Counted from the stretch's first letter, positions 1 through 11,200 are shown. The stretch is DNA of 64,000 nucleotides from a virus (IMGVR_UViG_3300032235_000776:27959-91958); one strand, 5' to 3'. Translations and numbers: made by a program. Notes: a model not told the origin generated them from the letters alone.

Positions 1-788
1 CTAGAACCATGTGTGCTACAATTGAAGGTTTAGATGATGTAAGTGCAGATATTGCTACTTTCTACGAAAACGATACTACTATTAGTGGTGTTGCAGTACA
101 AACAACTGGTACTTCAGCTATCACTTATGAGTTAGTTCAATTATCAGCTCCAGTAACCATTACTAATGGTAACTCAATGGGTATTCCAGTATATGCTCCA
201 ATCCCTGCCTATGTAGGTGGTGTAACTTGGGGTGTATGTCCATGTGCTGCAGCACCTGCTGCTTACACTGGTTGTATTGGTATCAAATTGACTGCTGCTT
301 ATATCGACACTAGATTTGGTAACTGTTCTTTCCGTCCAACTGACTACTACAATGTTCAACCTTTGAAGATCTATGTATCTAAAGTTGACGATGCACAATA
401 CTGCACAGATAACCATACTTCTTGGAGTGTTACTCACAACGTTGAGTCAAAACAAGCCAATGGTTTAGGTGAAACTGTATTGAGAGATTACTTAGTAGCT
501 CTTAACTACAAACAAGAATACTTCGAATGGGATCCACGTTTCCGTGAGGTTATGGACCAACAAGTATTCACTGCTGTTGACAGAACTGCACAATATGACG
601 GTTTATACCTGATTCACTCTATTCCAAACTGGGTTAAAGGACAGAACGTTAAAGCATATGATGAAAAATATGTATTAGCATTCTACTTTAAAGTTGACCC
701 TGCAACTGGTATTTCTCCAAAAGCTACTTTCCAAACTGCTCTTGAGAACTACGCAGCATTGAACGGAGTAGATTTAGAAGTACTTTAA
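1..788 (+). CDS. Major capsid protein, C-terminal part (5'-truncated by the window)
   Basis: Frame is open from the window edge (aga acc atg...). First gene of a crAss-like late block, followed by a strong terminator. C-ending codons (tac, gac, aac, ttc) suggest high expression. GLGETV...Y and YDGLYLIH segments resemble the crAss-like MCP C-terminus. Confidence 0.7.
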   Translation, partial: RTMCATIEGLDDVSADIATFYENDTTISGVAVQTTGTSAITYELVQLSAPVTITNGNSMGIPVYAPIPAYVGGVTWGVCPCAAAPAAYTGCIGIKLTAAYIDTRFGNCSFRPTDYYNVQPLKIYVSKVDDAQYCTDNHTSWSVTHNVESKQANGLGETVLRDYLVALNYKQEYFEWDPRFREVMDQQVFTAVDRTAQYDGLYLIHSIPNWVKGQNVKAYDEKYVLAFYFKVDPATGISPKATFQTALENYAALNGVDLEVL

Positions 789-814
789 TCGATAACTATT
801 TAAACACTGCAACG

Positions 815-846
815 AAGGAGAGGGGGCTAACCTCTCTCCTTTTTTG
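815..846 (+). terminator. Rho-independent terminator after MCP
   Basis: AAGGAGAGGGG-gctaa-CCTCTCTCCTT stem (11 bp, one G-U) followed by TTTTT. Confidence 0.9.
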
Positions 847-860
847 CTAAATATAAACCC

Positions 861-1424
861 ATGGTATTAAGCAAATTAGGACTACAAGTATATGATGACT
901 TCAACTGTAAAGTTATGAGAGTCATGGACATTTCTACATATAACCAATCTTTAGATAAGATTGAATGTGGAAGATTATTAATTACGGTACCAGGTTTTGG
1001 TTACCCAATCATGCATGAAGTAGAACCTGGATTTAACAGGTCTTTCAATGCAATTGATCTAACTTTACAAAGTGGGTTTAATTATGCAGATACAGCGGTA
1101 CTTCCGGATGGTATCTACAAACTAAATTACTCTATAGCACCCAATGATCAAGTGTTTGTAGAGTATAATTATTTAAGACAATGCCAAGCTTACTCTTTAT
1201 ATTATGGTAAAGTTTGTGCCCTTGATTTAAATCCTTGCAATATGTGTGGGGATAGAAAAGAAAAAATTGATCAACTTCAAGAAATTAAATTCATTCTGGA
1301 AGCTGCTAAGGCTTATGCAGAAGAATGTAATGCACCAATTAAAGGTTTGGAATTACAAAATTATGCTGTATCTTTACTTAAGAAGATGGACATAGGATGT
1401 GATTCTTGTAATACATGTAAATAA
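861..1424 (+). CDS. Conserved crAss-like virion protein downstream of MCP (gene-75-like position), Cys-rich C-terminus
   Basis: 187-aa ORF with LPDGIYKLNYS motif. Synteny with the crAss-like head/tail block. Stop overlaps the next start (TAATG). Confidence 0.55.
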   Translation: MVLSKLGLQVYDDFNCKVMRVMDISTYNQSLDKIECGRLLITVPGFGYPIMHEVEPGFNRSFNAIDLTLQSGFNYADTAVLPDGIYKLNYSIAPNDQVFVEYNYLRQCQAYSLYYGKVCALDLNPCNMCGDRKEKIDQLQEIKFILEAAKAYAEECNAPIKGLELQNYAVSLLKKMDIGCDSCNTCK

Positions 1425-1693
1425 TGAGTGCTAAATCAGAATTATATAGCAAAGTAAGTTGTTGTTTTGCAAAGCAAGTTTACTACATGTATCAACAAAA
1501 AAGATACGGAATAAACTATTGTAATAAAGTAGATAAGGATAAAATTCATTCAACAAATCGTTTAATGAATTTATTTAAATTTAAAACTGCTTTTCAACCA
1601 GAATGCTTCTTGGATAACTTTAACACCTATGATTACAAACCAGACGATGTTTGTAACATGGCCACAATAATTGAGAAAATAAATACACTATGA
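1424..1693 (+). CDS. Small structural protein (gene-74-like position)
   Basis: 89-aa ORF translationally coupled on both sides (TAATG, ATGA); RYGI motif; Cys-containing. Confidence 0.5.
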   Translation: MSAKSELYSKVSCCFAKQVYYMYQQKRYGINYCNKVDKDKIHSTNRLMNLFKFKTAFQPECFLDNFNTYDYKPDDVCNMATIIEKINTL

Positions 1694-3654
1694 ACCCAGT
1701 AACAAGTTCTGACCCTAATAAATATACATGCTCTAGTATTATAAGTGCTAGCTGCGTACTTTGGAATTATACTTCACCTACAACTGACTGTATCACTACT
1801 TGTGCTGGAGATAGCGTAGTTGATGTATTAAATAAAACAATTACAAAAGTTTGTGAATTAAATACAACTTTAGATCTAACTAACTTAAACTTAGCTAGTT
1901 GTATTTCAGTTCCACAGATTAAAAATTTACCAAATATATTAACTTCATTAAGTAATAAGATTTGTGCAATTCAAACTCAAGTAAATAACCTACCTACAGA
2001 TGGAAGTGGTTCAACTATTTGTGATCCTATTAATGCATTTACCTTACCTACTTGTTACGCAGACTTTGGTAAAACCGGTTATAGTATTCCAAGTGACACA
2101 ACACTTATTAATGGTTACAATGTTCAGTATGTAGCAGATGCAGTTTGCAGTTTGTATACTTACATGAACGGTAGAATGGATGAACTTTTTGATCAGATTG
2201 CTACATGTTGTGGTTCTAGTTCAGGAAGTGGTACTATTCCAACTGTAACCTCAGATTGTTTATTTAGTGGTGCAATTGCAGTAAATTTAGCATATGAATA
2301 CTTGGATACTGCATTCTGTGCTCAGAAAGCTATCTTAGGTACTAATATAGATCTTACTGCAGCTTTAAATCCTACAGCTCCATGTGTAACATCAATTAAC
2401 TCTTATTTAGGAACTACCTTAGGTACTGCCACTACTCTTGATGAGTCATTGGTTAATATCTATGATGCACTTTGTAAGATGACAGCTAAAGTATCTGCAA
2501 TTTCTACTTTACAATCACAATGTTGTGTATTCACTTGTGATAGTATTGATATTGCTATACTTGGAGAAGTTGTAGATCCAGTTGCAAAAACAGTAGATTT
2601 AGTATTTACATTTAATGGTGCTACAAGCTTACCTGCTTCCTATGATCCAAAATCAGATACAGGTTCTAAAGTAACGTTCACTGATAAAAATGGTTCTTAC
2701 ATTACTGTAAATATTGATTTATTTGATGATGCTTCATATACAGGAATTGACTTAACCGGATTAGATTTTAGTGGAAACATTACAATGTCTGCTAATCTTA
2801 ACTATCAAATTAGTTATGGAGTAGATGGTAGTGGAGATCCAATTCCATATAACTGTAACAAATGTCTTTCTGGTACTCTTATTATAGATTCTAATTGTGC
2901 AGTATGTTCTATTTCTATATTTGGTGGAACAAATATTAATGTTAAAATCACTTACACTTTTGAAGGAAGTACTCATATCATTACAACTACAACTAATGGA
3001 TTGCTTTATATTCCTACTGGTTCTGTAATTACTTCTGTAATTGATGAATCAGATGTAGCACCTACTATTACAACTGAGTGCCCAGGTACTTCAATACCAA
3101 CTCCATCTACACTAACATGTTGGAGATTTGCTATTCCAGGTCACTTATTTTTAAATTCTACAAGTGGAGGTTCAGGAGTTGCTGAGAATGAAACAACTGA
3201 TTTTAACCTAACTGGGATTATTTCAAATGGGGTAAGATATAATTTAGGTTCTACAATACCTTCTCATTTTGGTGTTAAATCAACAGATAATCCAAATGGA
3301 TGTGTAAGCTGTGGAGGGGTAGGCTTAAGTAATGCTAATGAAGCACTTACAACTGTAATAGGAGGTTATCTATCAGGAGGGGTAAATTATAATTACAGCA
3401 CTGTTATGGCATCATACTTAAATACTTTAAATAGTTACATTACAAGTAGTAACCCATATATTAAACAATTTAGTTCTATTTGTACTAATGAGTGTCAGTA
3501 TTGTTGGAATTATAGATTTGTTCATGTAAAAACATATGGCTCTACAGCCCCATTACTAGAAATAACTAATGTAGAGGGTGGTATTACAACTGTAGCTCAA
3601 ATTGTTGCAGAACAAATTACTACTAGTGTGGATTGCAGATGCGAAGGAGAATAA
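1690..3654 (+). CDS. Cys-rich fibre/decoration-like virion protein with helical C-x(n)-C repeats
   Basis: 654 aa, Thr/Ser/Cys-rich. Repeats such as CAGDSVVDVLNKTITKVC and CISVPQIKNLPNILTSLSNKIC, followed by beta-rich domains. Confidence 0.6.
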   Translation: MNPVTSSDPNKYTCSSIISASCVLWNYTSPTTDCITTCAGDSVVDVLNKTITKVCELNTTLDLTNLNLASCISVPQIKNLPNILTSLSNKICAIQTQVNNLPTDGSGSTICDPINAFTLPTCYADFGKTGYSIPSDTTLINGYNVQYVADAVCSLYTYMNGRMDELFDQIATCCGSSSGSGTIPTVTSDCLFSGAIAVNLAYEYLDTAFCAQKAILGTNIDLTAALNPTAPCVTSINSYLGTTLGTATTLDESLVNIYDALCKMTAKVSAISTLQSQCCVFTCDSIDIAILGEVVDPVAKTVDLVFTFNGATSLPASYDPKSDTGSKVTFTDKNGSYITVNIDLFDDASYTGIDLTGLDFSGNITMSANLNYQISYGVDGSGDPIPYNCNKCLSGTLIIDSNCAVCSISIFGGTNINVKITYTFEGSTHIITTTTNGLLYIPTGSVITSVIDESDVAPTITTECPGTSIPTPSTLTCWRFAIPGHLFLNSTSGGSGVAENETTDFNLTGIISNGVRYNLGSTIPSHFGVKSTDNPNGCVSCGGVGLSNANEALTTVIGGYLSGGVNYNYSTVMASYLNTLNSYITSSNPYIKQFSSICTNECQYCWNYRFVHVKTYGSTAPLLEITNVEGGITTVAQIVAEQITTSVDCRCEGE

Positions 3655-3677
3655 TAATTAAAATAAAATAAAATAAA

Positions 3678-4856
3678 ATGAGCTCATATATAAACACAAA
3701 TTGCACCCCATGTACTACTAGTCAAACAGTAATTACTCCATGCGATGGTTGCGCAATGATTTTATCTGATACTTGTGTAGTTCGCAAGACAGATGCAATT
3801 GCATGCTTAGGTATTGCAGTTGATGATACTTTACATACTATGATTGACAAGATTGCTACAAAAATCTGTTCAATTGATGGCAATAACTTTGATACTACTT
3901 GTTTAAGTGTAACTGGTGTTGTTAACGATACAGCAGCAAATGCAATCAATCTATTAATTACCGCAGTATGTGATGCAGTAGTAACATTTCCAACCTTTAA
4001 CACTTCTTGTTTATCAGGTGGTGGAGTAGGTGATTCATTAGCAGATACTATCAATAGATTAATTTCTGCAGCATGTGCTACACCTGAGGAACTTACTTTT
4101 AGTTTAAATTGGACTTGTCTGACTTCTCCGGCTACAACTGGTCTAGAAGATATCCTTCAGAATCTAGTAAATAACATTAAGGCAAATCAATTAAGCTTTG
4201 GTTCTGGATTTACAGTAACTCCGTTATCAAGTGGTTGTGGTTCTATTGTTACTTATGCCGGCCCAGGTTCTCCAGGAATTACTTTAACTTCTACTAATGG
4301 TACTATTACAACTGGTTTACCAGCATCAAGTATTATTGTAAGTGGTAGTGGTACTTCTTATAATGTCCAACCATCTTTTGCTAATGCAACAAGAGTAGTA
4401 TTAACACCTTCAACAGCAGGAATTACTAATCCAGGAACATCTACTACTGTAGGTTCTTATAGAGTTAGGTGGGATAACCACGTAGACTTTGATGGGTATT
4501 TAGCTTTTGGTTCTACAATTGTAAATGCTGCTGCATGGACTATTTCAACAGGAACATTTGATTTATTTAATTTGGGATCAGGAACTACTCCGGATAGAGT
4601 AAAAATATTCCCTGCTCAATTTGAAATTGATGTACCTACTTTACCAAATCCAGGTGATACACTTCCAGAAGATTTTTGCACTTTATTTAATGCAAAAATT
4701 ATAGTATGGAATTTGGCCGGAGGTAATAAAGTAGAATTAGTAGTAAATGATTGTAAAGATATGGTAGTAATGCTTGAAGGTTTTGAAGCTGCATATCCTA
4801 CTGTAGATTTAACAGCTAAAGTTTGGCTTTCACAAGTTCAGTATTACACTGTATAA
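3678..4856 (+). CDS. Cys-rich fibre-like virion protein, paralogous N-terminus to upstream gene
   Basis: 392 aa. CAMILSDTCV resembles CSSIISASCV upstream. Repeats CLGIAVDDTLHTMIDKIATKIC and CLSGGGVGDSLADTINRLISAAC. Beta-rich C-terminal head. Confidence 0.6.
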   Translation: MSSYINTNCTPCTTSQTVITPCDGCAMILSDTCVVRKTDAIACLGIAVDDTLHTMIDKIATKICSIDGNNFDTTCLSVTGVVNDTAANAINLLITAVCDAVVTFPTFNTSCLSGGGVGDSLADTINRLISAACATPEELTFSLNWTCLTSPATTGLEDILQNLVNNIKANQLSFGSGFTVTPLSSGCGSIVTYAGPGSPGITLTSTNGTITTGLPASSIIVSGSGTSYNVQPSFANATRVVLTPSTAGITNPGTSTTVGSYRVRWDNHVDFDGYLAFGSTIVNAAAWTISTGTFDLFNLGSGTTPDRVKIFPAQFEIDVPTLPNPGDTLPEDFCTLFNAKIIVWNLAGGNKVELVVNDCKDMVVMLEGFEAAYPTVDLTAKVWLSQVQYYTV

Positions 4857-4894
4857 AATATACTGCATAAGTTTTTTGGTTTCTTATGTAGAAC

Positions 4895-4925
4895 GGGATG
4901 CCCTCTTCGGAGGGTATCTTTTTTT
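4895..4925 (+). terminator. Rho-independent terminator with cUUCGg tetraloop
   Basis: GGGATGCCCTC-ttcg-GAGGGTATCTT followed by a T run. Confidence 0.9.
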
Positions 4926-4953
4926 GGAAAAACCATAAAAATGTATAACTTTG
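4923..4953 (+). promoter_or_regulatory. Bacteroidota sigma-70-type promoter (-33 TTTG / -7 TAnnTTTG)
   Basis: TTTG (4923-4926), 19-nt spacer, TAACTTTG (4946-4953), just upstream of ATG 4963; matches the established consensus. Confidence 0.75.
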
Positions 4954-4962
4954 TATAACTTT

Positions 4963-6069
4963 ATGAGTAATAACGTAAATAAATTACTGGATCTTTTCAA
5001 AAGAAAAGAATCAGTATTCAAACTATCTAACAAAAGAATTGCCGAAAGGAATCATGTTTCGTTAGAAGATGTATTTGAAGCTAAAGCAATGTTTAAGCTA
5101 CAAAGACATAAGGCACTAATTGACCACTGTGAAGAAAAGGGTTTAGATGTAAATTCAGTAAGTTCTTACTGGCATAAGTCTCAACACTTCAGTATTAATC
5201 TAAAAATGCAAAAAGATTCTCTTGAGGATCTTCAAGCTAAATTTTTAGAGGAAATGAGTAAGTATTCTCCTGTGTATCCTACTTTAAAAAGAAACAAATC
5301 AAAAGATGCGCATCTATTAGTAATTGATCCTGCAGATATACATGTAGGTAAATTATGTAAAGCATTTGAATCCGGAGAGGATTATAATTCTCAAGTAGCA
5401 GTTCAAAGGGTTAAAGAAGGCATTCAGGGATTACTTGATAAATCAGCTGGCTATAACATTGATAAGATATTATTAATTATTGGTAATGATATCCTACACA
5501 TTGATAACCCAAACAGAACAACTACTTCTGGCACTCCTCAGGATACTGATGGCATGTGGTATGAGAATTTCCTAATTGCTCAAAAACTATATGTAGATGT
5601 AATTGAAATGCTATTACCCCTAGCAGATGTACATGTCCAATATGATCCTTCTAATCATGACTATACAAACGGATTCTTCCTGGCCAATACTTTAAAAACT
5701 TGGTTTAGAGAGAATAAGAATGTGACCTTCAATACTGATATAGCACATAGAAAGTATTTTGTATATCATGAAAACATAATTGGAACTACCCATGGGGATG
5801 GAGCTAAAGAACAAGATCTTCCATTACTAATGGCTCAAGAAGCTGCAAAGGATTGGGGAAATTGTAAACATAGATACTTCTATACTCATCACATCCACCA
5901 TAAGAAATCAAAAGACTATGGTTCTGTATGCGTAGAGTCTTTAAGAAGTCCATCTGGTACAGATAGCTGGCACCATAGAAAAGGTTTTACCCACGCCCCT
6001 AAAGCAGTAGAAGCATTTATTCATCATCCTAATCATGGTCAAATTGCTAGGTTTACCCATGTATTTTAA
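4963..6069 (+). CDS. Calcineurin-like metallophosphoesterase with N-terminal HTH-like segment
   Basis: Motifs DIHVG, GNDILH, SNHD, THGD, HHIHH. Start moved from TTG 4951 to ATG 4963 because the TTG lies inside the -7 box. Confidence 0.8.
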   Translation: MSNNVNKLLDLFKRKESVFKLSNKRIAERNHVSLEDVFEAKAMFKLQRHKALIDHCEEKGLDVNSVSSYWHKSQHFSINLKMQKDSLEDLQAKFLEEMSKYSPVYPTLKRNKSKDAHLLVIDPADIHVGKLCKAFESGEDYNSQVAVQRVKEGIQGLLDKSAGYNIDKILLIIGNDILHIDNPNRTTTSGTPQDTDGMWYENFLIAQKLYVDVIEMLLPLADVHVQYDPSNHDYTNGFFLANTLKTWFRENKNVTFNTDIAHRKYFVYHENIIGTTHGDGAKEQDLPLLMAQEAAKDWGNCKHRYFYTHHIHHKKSKDYGSVCVESLRSPSGTDSWHHRKGFTHAPKAVEAFIHHPNHGQIARFTHVF

Positions 6070-6118
6070 GAATAATAATAATAAATATGTTAAATTTTTT
6101 GAGTATATTTAATTAAGT

Positions 6119-6622
6119 ATGTGGGAGAATAATTTAAAGGCCCCTAGATTCAGATCTGATGAAGGAAGAGTTTACTTAGACAACAAAGAAATGGCTAAGG
6201 AATTCTTAAAAGAAAATCCAGAATTAGGATTTACATCAGAGAGACAAGTGCTTGATACTCTGAAGGATATACACATGACTATCCGGAATATTGCACAAGA
6301 GGAAAGAGATGGATTTGAAATCCCTCACTTTGGAGTTCTCAGACATTCTGCAGTTAGTAATCCTAAAATGAAAAAGGATACAGCTAGAGGTATTTCAAAA
6401 GAACAATACATTGATTACCAAACTAGTTTTAAACTTAAGAAAATGGTTAGGTTTACTAATTTTGATACTGATGGTAAAATATTAAAAATTAGGTTAGAAT
6501 ACGGACTTATAAAATATGCAATGAACTTTAGAAGCAATTGGTGCTTCAATCCTTGCAGAGATTATAAAAGAGCTGCATCCAAAGCCTTTAAAAAGAACTA
6601 TAACAAACTAACACAAAAGTAA
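6119..6622 (+). CDS. IHF/HU-like protein of the crAss-like structural block
   Basis: FEIPHFGVL and FNPCRDYKR resemble the HU/IHF core (I..FG.F ... F.P.+.LK); position before ring/tail genes as in crAss-like phages. Confidence 0.6.
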   Translation: MWENNLKAPRFRSDEGRVYLDNKEMAKEFLKENPELGFTSERQVLDTLKDIHMTIRNIAQEERDGFEIPHFGVLRHSAVSNPKMKKDTARGISKEQYIDYQTSFKLKKMVRFTNFDTDGKILKIRLEYGLIKYAMNFRSNWCFNPCRDYKRAASKAFKKNYNKLTQK

Positions 6623-7290
6623 TGGCTCATATATCTATTAGAGAACATATTTCAAGAATAAAAGCAACTCTAAAGTTAAATAACGCTGATGCAAGATTAA
6701 CTGATAGACATATCTACGCTTTAATGAAGAAGCACTCTAGCTTCCTATTAAAGAGAGATTCTAGTTGGTTAAAAGTATCTAGCTCTATTTACCAAACAAT
6801 GGCTAAGATGGATCTAATAGAAGTGGATACAGTAGAGGCATGTAATATCGATACTGATTGTAACATTAAAAGATCCAGGTATAAATTACAAAATATAATT
6901 GAAAACCAAGATGGCCCTATCATTAGAAGGGTAGCATCTTTAGATGGTTCTACAATTGTTACTCCTACAGAATCTTCAGCTTACTTCAGGAAAATTAAAA
7001 AGGCAACAGCTAAGTATGATAAATCAGTTTACTACTGGTACATGAATGGCTATCTTTACTTTCCAAATTTAGAATGGGATGCTGTAAGAATTGAAGCATA
7101 CTTTGAAAACAAAGTAGAAAACGATTGCTGTGAAGAAAAACCATATTGTGGTTATAAGCAAGATGAAATGTTTATTTTACCAGACTTCTTAATATCAGGA
7201 ATGGATCAATTAATTGTCCAAGACTTATCAGTATACTTAAAGATTCCTCAGGATCAATTGATTAACAAATCAGAAAACGATAAAAAATAA
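6622..7290 (+). CDS. Tail ring / tubular protein (crAss-like)
   Basis: 222 aa with YYWYMNGYLYF motif; synteny between IHF-like gene and muzzle gene; coupled stop/start. Confidence 0.55.
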   Translation: MAHISIREHISRIKATLKLNNADARLTDRHIYALMKKHSSFLLKRDSSWLKVSSSIYQTMAKMDLIEVDTVEACNIDTDCNIKRSRYKLQNIIENQDGPIIRRVASLDGSTIVTPTESSAYFRKIKKATAKYDKSVYYWYMNGYLYFPNLEWDAVRIEAYFENKVENDCCEEKPYCGYKQDEMFILPDFLISGMDQLIVQDLSVYLKIPQDQLINKSENDKK

Positions 7291-8228
7291 TGGCAGAACA
7301 ACGTTACAATATAAATTATAAAACCTTTGAGACATTCATGTATGATGTTGCAGATGATCTATCTGCATATGATGATCAAGGTTACCTTAATAATGACAAG
7401 TATATCAAACTTGTTCAGAAAGTAAATGCTGACTTGTCTGTAAGAATTAATCCTACAAAAGAAACTGCTATTCACGTATCAAATTACAAGGCTCAGTTAC
7501 CGGATGATTTTAAATTACTTAATGATGCTTACATTTGTTATGACTACAAAATTAATAGAGATAATGTAGGTATTCAAATTGAGTATGAAAATGTACCGGT
7601 TACTAACATGAATGGTTGCTCTAACTCAATTGGTTGTACATGTAGTAATTGTGTAGATACTTTAAACACTTGTACACCTTCAATAAATACTTGTTTAAAT
7701 GCCGTATGCCAAGATAAAGACAATTACCAGTGTACACCATACCAAGTATGGAGAAAGTCAACTAAGGATGTTGTAAATATCTATGGAGTATTAAGATTAA
7801 GTCTTTCTACAAGAAATTATGCAGCTGAAGGTTGTTACCAAAAAAATCCATGGGATAAAGCAGTTGATGAAATGTCAATTACCAAAGAAGGCGGTTGTTA
7901 CTTTATGAATACTTCTTTTAAAGAAGGAGTAGTTTATATTAACTACGTATCCCACATGGTAGATGACGATAATAATATTTTACTATTGGATCACCCATTG
8001 ACAAACGAGTACTACGAATATGAAGTTAAGGCTCGTATTTATGAAGATCTTTGGTTAAATGGAATTGAAGAAGTAGCTACAAAACTTAAATATGTAAAAG
8101 AAGAACTTCGTAAAGCTAAAATTATTGCAAAGAATTTTGTTAATACCTTTGACTTTGCTGAACTTAAACAAGTACACTTTGCTAATAGACACAGAATGGC
8201 TCGTAAGTACTTTGATAGAATAATGTAA
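7290..8228 (+). CDS. Tail ring / tubular protein with Cys-rich insertion
   Basis: 312 aa; AQLPDDF and TSFKEGVVYINY...DDDN motifs; directly precedes the large tail stabilization gene. Confidence 0.55.
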   Translation: MAEQRYNINYKTFETFMYDVADDLSAYDDQGYLNNDKYIKLVQKVNADLSVRINPTKETAIHVSNYKAQLPDDFKLLNDAYICYDYKINRDNVGIQIEYENVPVTNMNGCSNSIGCTCSNCVDTLNTCTPSINTCLNAVCQDKDNYQCTPYQVWRKSTKDVVNIYGVLRLSLSTRNYAAEGCYQKNPWDKAVDEMSITKEGGCYFMNTSFKEGVVYINYVSHMVDDDNNILLLDHPLTNEYYEYEVKARIYEDLWLNGIEEVATKLKYVKEELRKAKIIAKNFVNTFDFAELKQVHFANRHRMARKYFDRIM

Positions 8229-11200
8229 TGGATAGTTTAGATAACAGTGTAATAACGACCCTTAATGCCGGCATGATAAAAGATGTCGACCCTCAATTAT
8301 TAAAAGAGGGCCAATATACTCATGCAATTAATTCTCAATTAAACTCACACCTTGGTAACTTTTCTTTTATTCAAAATGAACCAGGTAATAGATTATGTCT
8401 TACTTTACCAAATAACCTACAGTTCTTAAATGCTATTGCACTTCAAAACTCAAGGTTTGCTATTCTGTCAACCAACTCAACTACTTCAGAAATAGGTATT
8501 TATGATAGTAGAACATGTACATATACTACAGTAGTTAATGATCCATGTTTAAACTTTCAAAAGACAAATATTCCAAAGGGTATATCAAAAGAAAATTATG
8601 ATTGCTCAGAGACTATTTATTTTGCCGACGATTTAAATCCAAATAGATTTTTAAATTTAGGCAACGTACCTTACAAGTATACTTTTGCAGATGATGCATG
8701 TAAAACAAAGATTTATACTACAGAGTTAGATTGTGATCAAATGTTAATTGATCAATTAATTAATGTCCCATGCGTTACAATATCTAAATCACAAGCCGGT
8801 GGTACATTAGTAAATGGTTCATACCAAGTATGTATGGCTTATTCTATTAATGGTCAAATTGTTACAAACTATTATAGTACTACAAATCCACAGCCTATAT
8901 TTACTCATGAGAATCTTGGACAAGCAATTGATGTAGAATTAACCAATCTTGATCCTGACTTTTCTGAGTATCAATTATTCTTAATTGCAACTGTAGCTCA
9001 ACAAACAACTGTTTACAAAGTTGGAACATATAATATTAACACTACTGCTGTTACTATATCAAGTATAACAGAGAATACAAACGTTCCCCTATCTGATTTA
9101 TTTTTACAAAAAGTAGTTTATACTACCTCAAGAGACATTATTTCTGTAGACAACAGAGCAATGTGGATTGGTGCTAAGACAAAAGTAGAATTAGATTATC
9201 AATTACTTGCAAATCAAGTAACTGCTAAATGGGTTGCATATGCTGTACCGGTAGACTATTATAAGAACGGAGGTTCTATAGTTGGTTACATGAGAGATGA
9301 AACCTATGCTTTTGGTCTTCAGTGGTTATATAACACAGGTGATTATTCACAAGTATATCCTTTGATAGGTAGAGCTGCTGTTCCAAGTGATAGAACTAAA
9401 ATAACAAATAAAGATGCATATGAATTTTTTGCAAAAAACTGTGAACCTGTTAAAGCCGTTGAAAGATGGCAAGCTTACAATACTGCTACAGGAGCCATTC
9501 CAGCCATACCTGCTTCAGATTGTAAGGAGTTTGTTGTTGCTACCGGCAACATGGCCTATGTAGAATCTACAGAAACCTATCCAAATAATACAGCACTCTA
9601 TGGTGATTTAGCATGTACACCAATTAGACACTTTAAATTTCCAGATGAATGTATCGTACCAAGAAAAGTAAATGGTAATGATACTCAGATGATTATACTG
9701 GGTATTCAGTTTGAAAATATCAAACACCCGGTAGATAGTAATGGAAATCCCCTTACCAATATAGTTGGTTATAGAATTGTAAGAAGTGACAGATCAAATA
9801 ACAAAACAATCCTTGGAAAAGGATTAATGTTCAATGCTGGAAAATACGATTTACCTGTATCAGATAAAACTACTATACCAGCTATTTATCCTAACTATCC
9901 ATTCAATGATTTAAGAACAGATAGTTTTCTTTCTAAGACTCCGGTAAAAGGAGGAACAAAAGAAAAAGGATACACTCCAATGGGAGAGTATCTTAATGAC
10001 TACTTCACTTTCCATTCTCCTTCATTCTCATTTGCTAAACCATCTTTTGGAACTGAGTTAGTAATTGAAGCAGAAAACTATGGCCAAACTCATAGTCAAT
10101 TTACAGATGTATATGGTCATCCTAAACATCAAATGCTTACTGATGTAGCTTTTATAGTTGCAGCATTACTTGGTATTGCAGAGGGACTATATGCTACAAA
10201 AGATAAAGAATGTGAAAGTATTGTACTTAAAATGATTAATAACGGTGTAACAGGTACACCCGGAACTAGTGCTGGTAGTCCTGCAATGGGGGCAATTATC
10301 ACTGGTTTAAATAATACTAAAACAACTTTAGATGCTACAAGAACTGCTGGTAATTCAGAGGTAGTTAATAATGCAATTAAATCAGCAGAAAAATCTGCAA
10401 TTGCAAGTGCTGTAGGTGCATTAATTACTCCAGGTTTAGGAGGAGAGGTAACATACACAAGTGAAAAATGTGATTCATTACTTTCATCACTTCCGGAAAT
10501 TTTAAAAATTGCAAATAGTGTTTATCTATTTTCATTTTATTTTCAACAAGGATTTCAAACTGCACTTAATGCAATTAGAAATTTTGGACAATTTCAACAA
10601 TATGCTCTACAAGTAAACTCACATTGTTACTACAACAATCATGCATGTGCAGTAGAAGGTAATAAAAGAAGATATATTGACAATGCAAATTACTTATATC
10701 CGGCAATGCAAGACTTTGAAGGATATAGAGTAAATAACTTTAGAAGAGAAAGTAGTGTATTATTTAAATTGAATGACACTATTAATCCTCCAAGTAATAA
10801 AGATACTTCTAGACAAACTTTAAAAGAATCACAGGCTTGTGATACATTTGAATTTAATGCACAAGCAAGTTCTTACTATGGTTCTATAAGACAAAAATTA
10901 CCTGCACAATATGGTCAAGTAAACTCTATAACTTGGTTAGACACAGGAGCTTGTCATGTAATTGGGACTATTCAAAAATCATATTCAAGTGGACCTGTCT
11001 TTGGTGGAGATACATATCTTAATAGATTTTCTGTTAAGAGACATATGCATTACTTTAACCAAAGTGAGTTTATGGAAAATGATGGTCATGAATTTAATTA
11101 TACAAATTATTATAATTTACCATATGCAAGGTATTGGATGAATACAGAAGCATTTGATATTTCATCATTAATATCTTTGGATCCTAAACTTCCAAATGAT

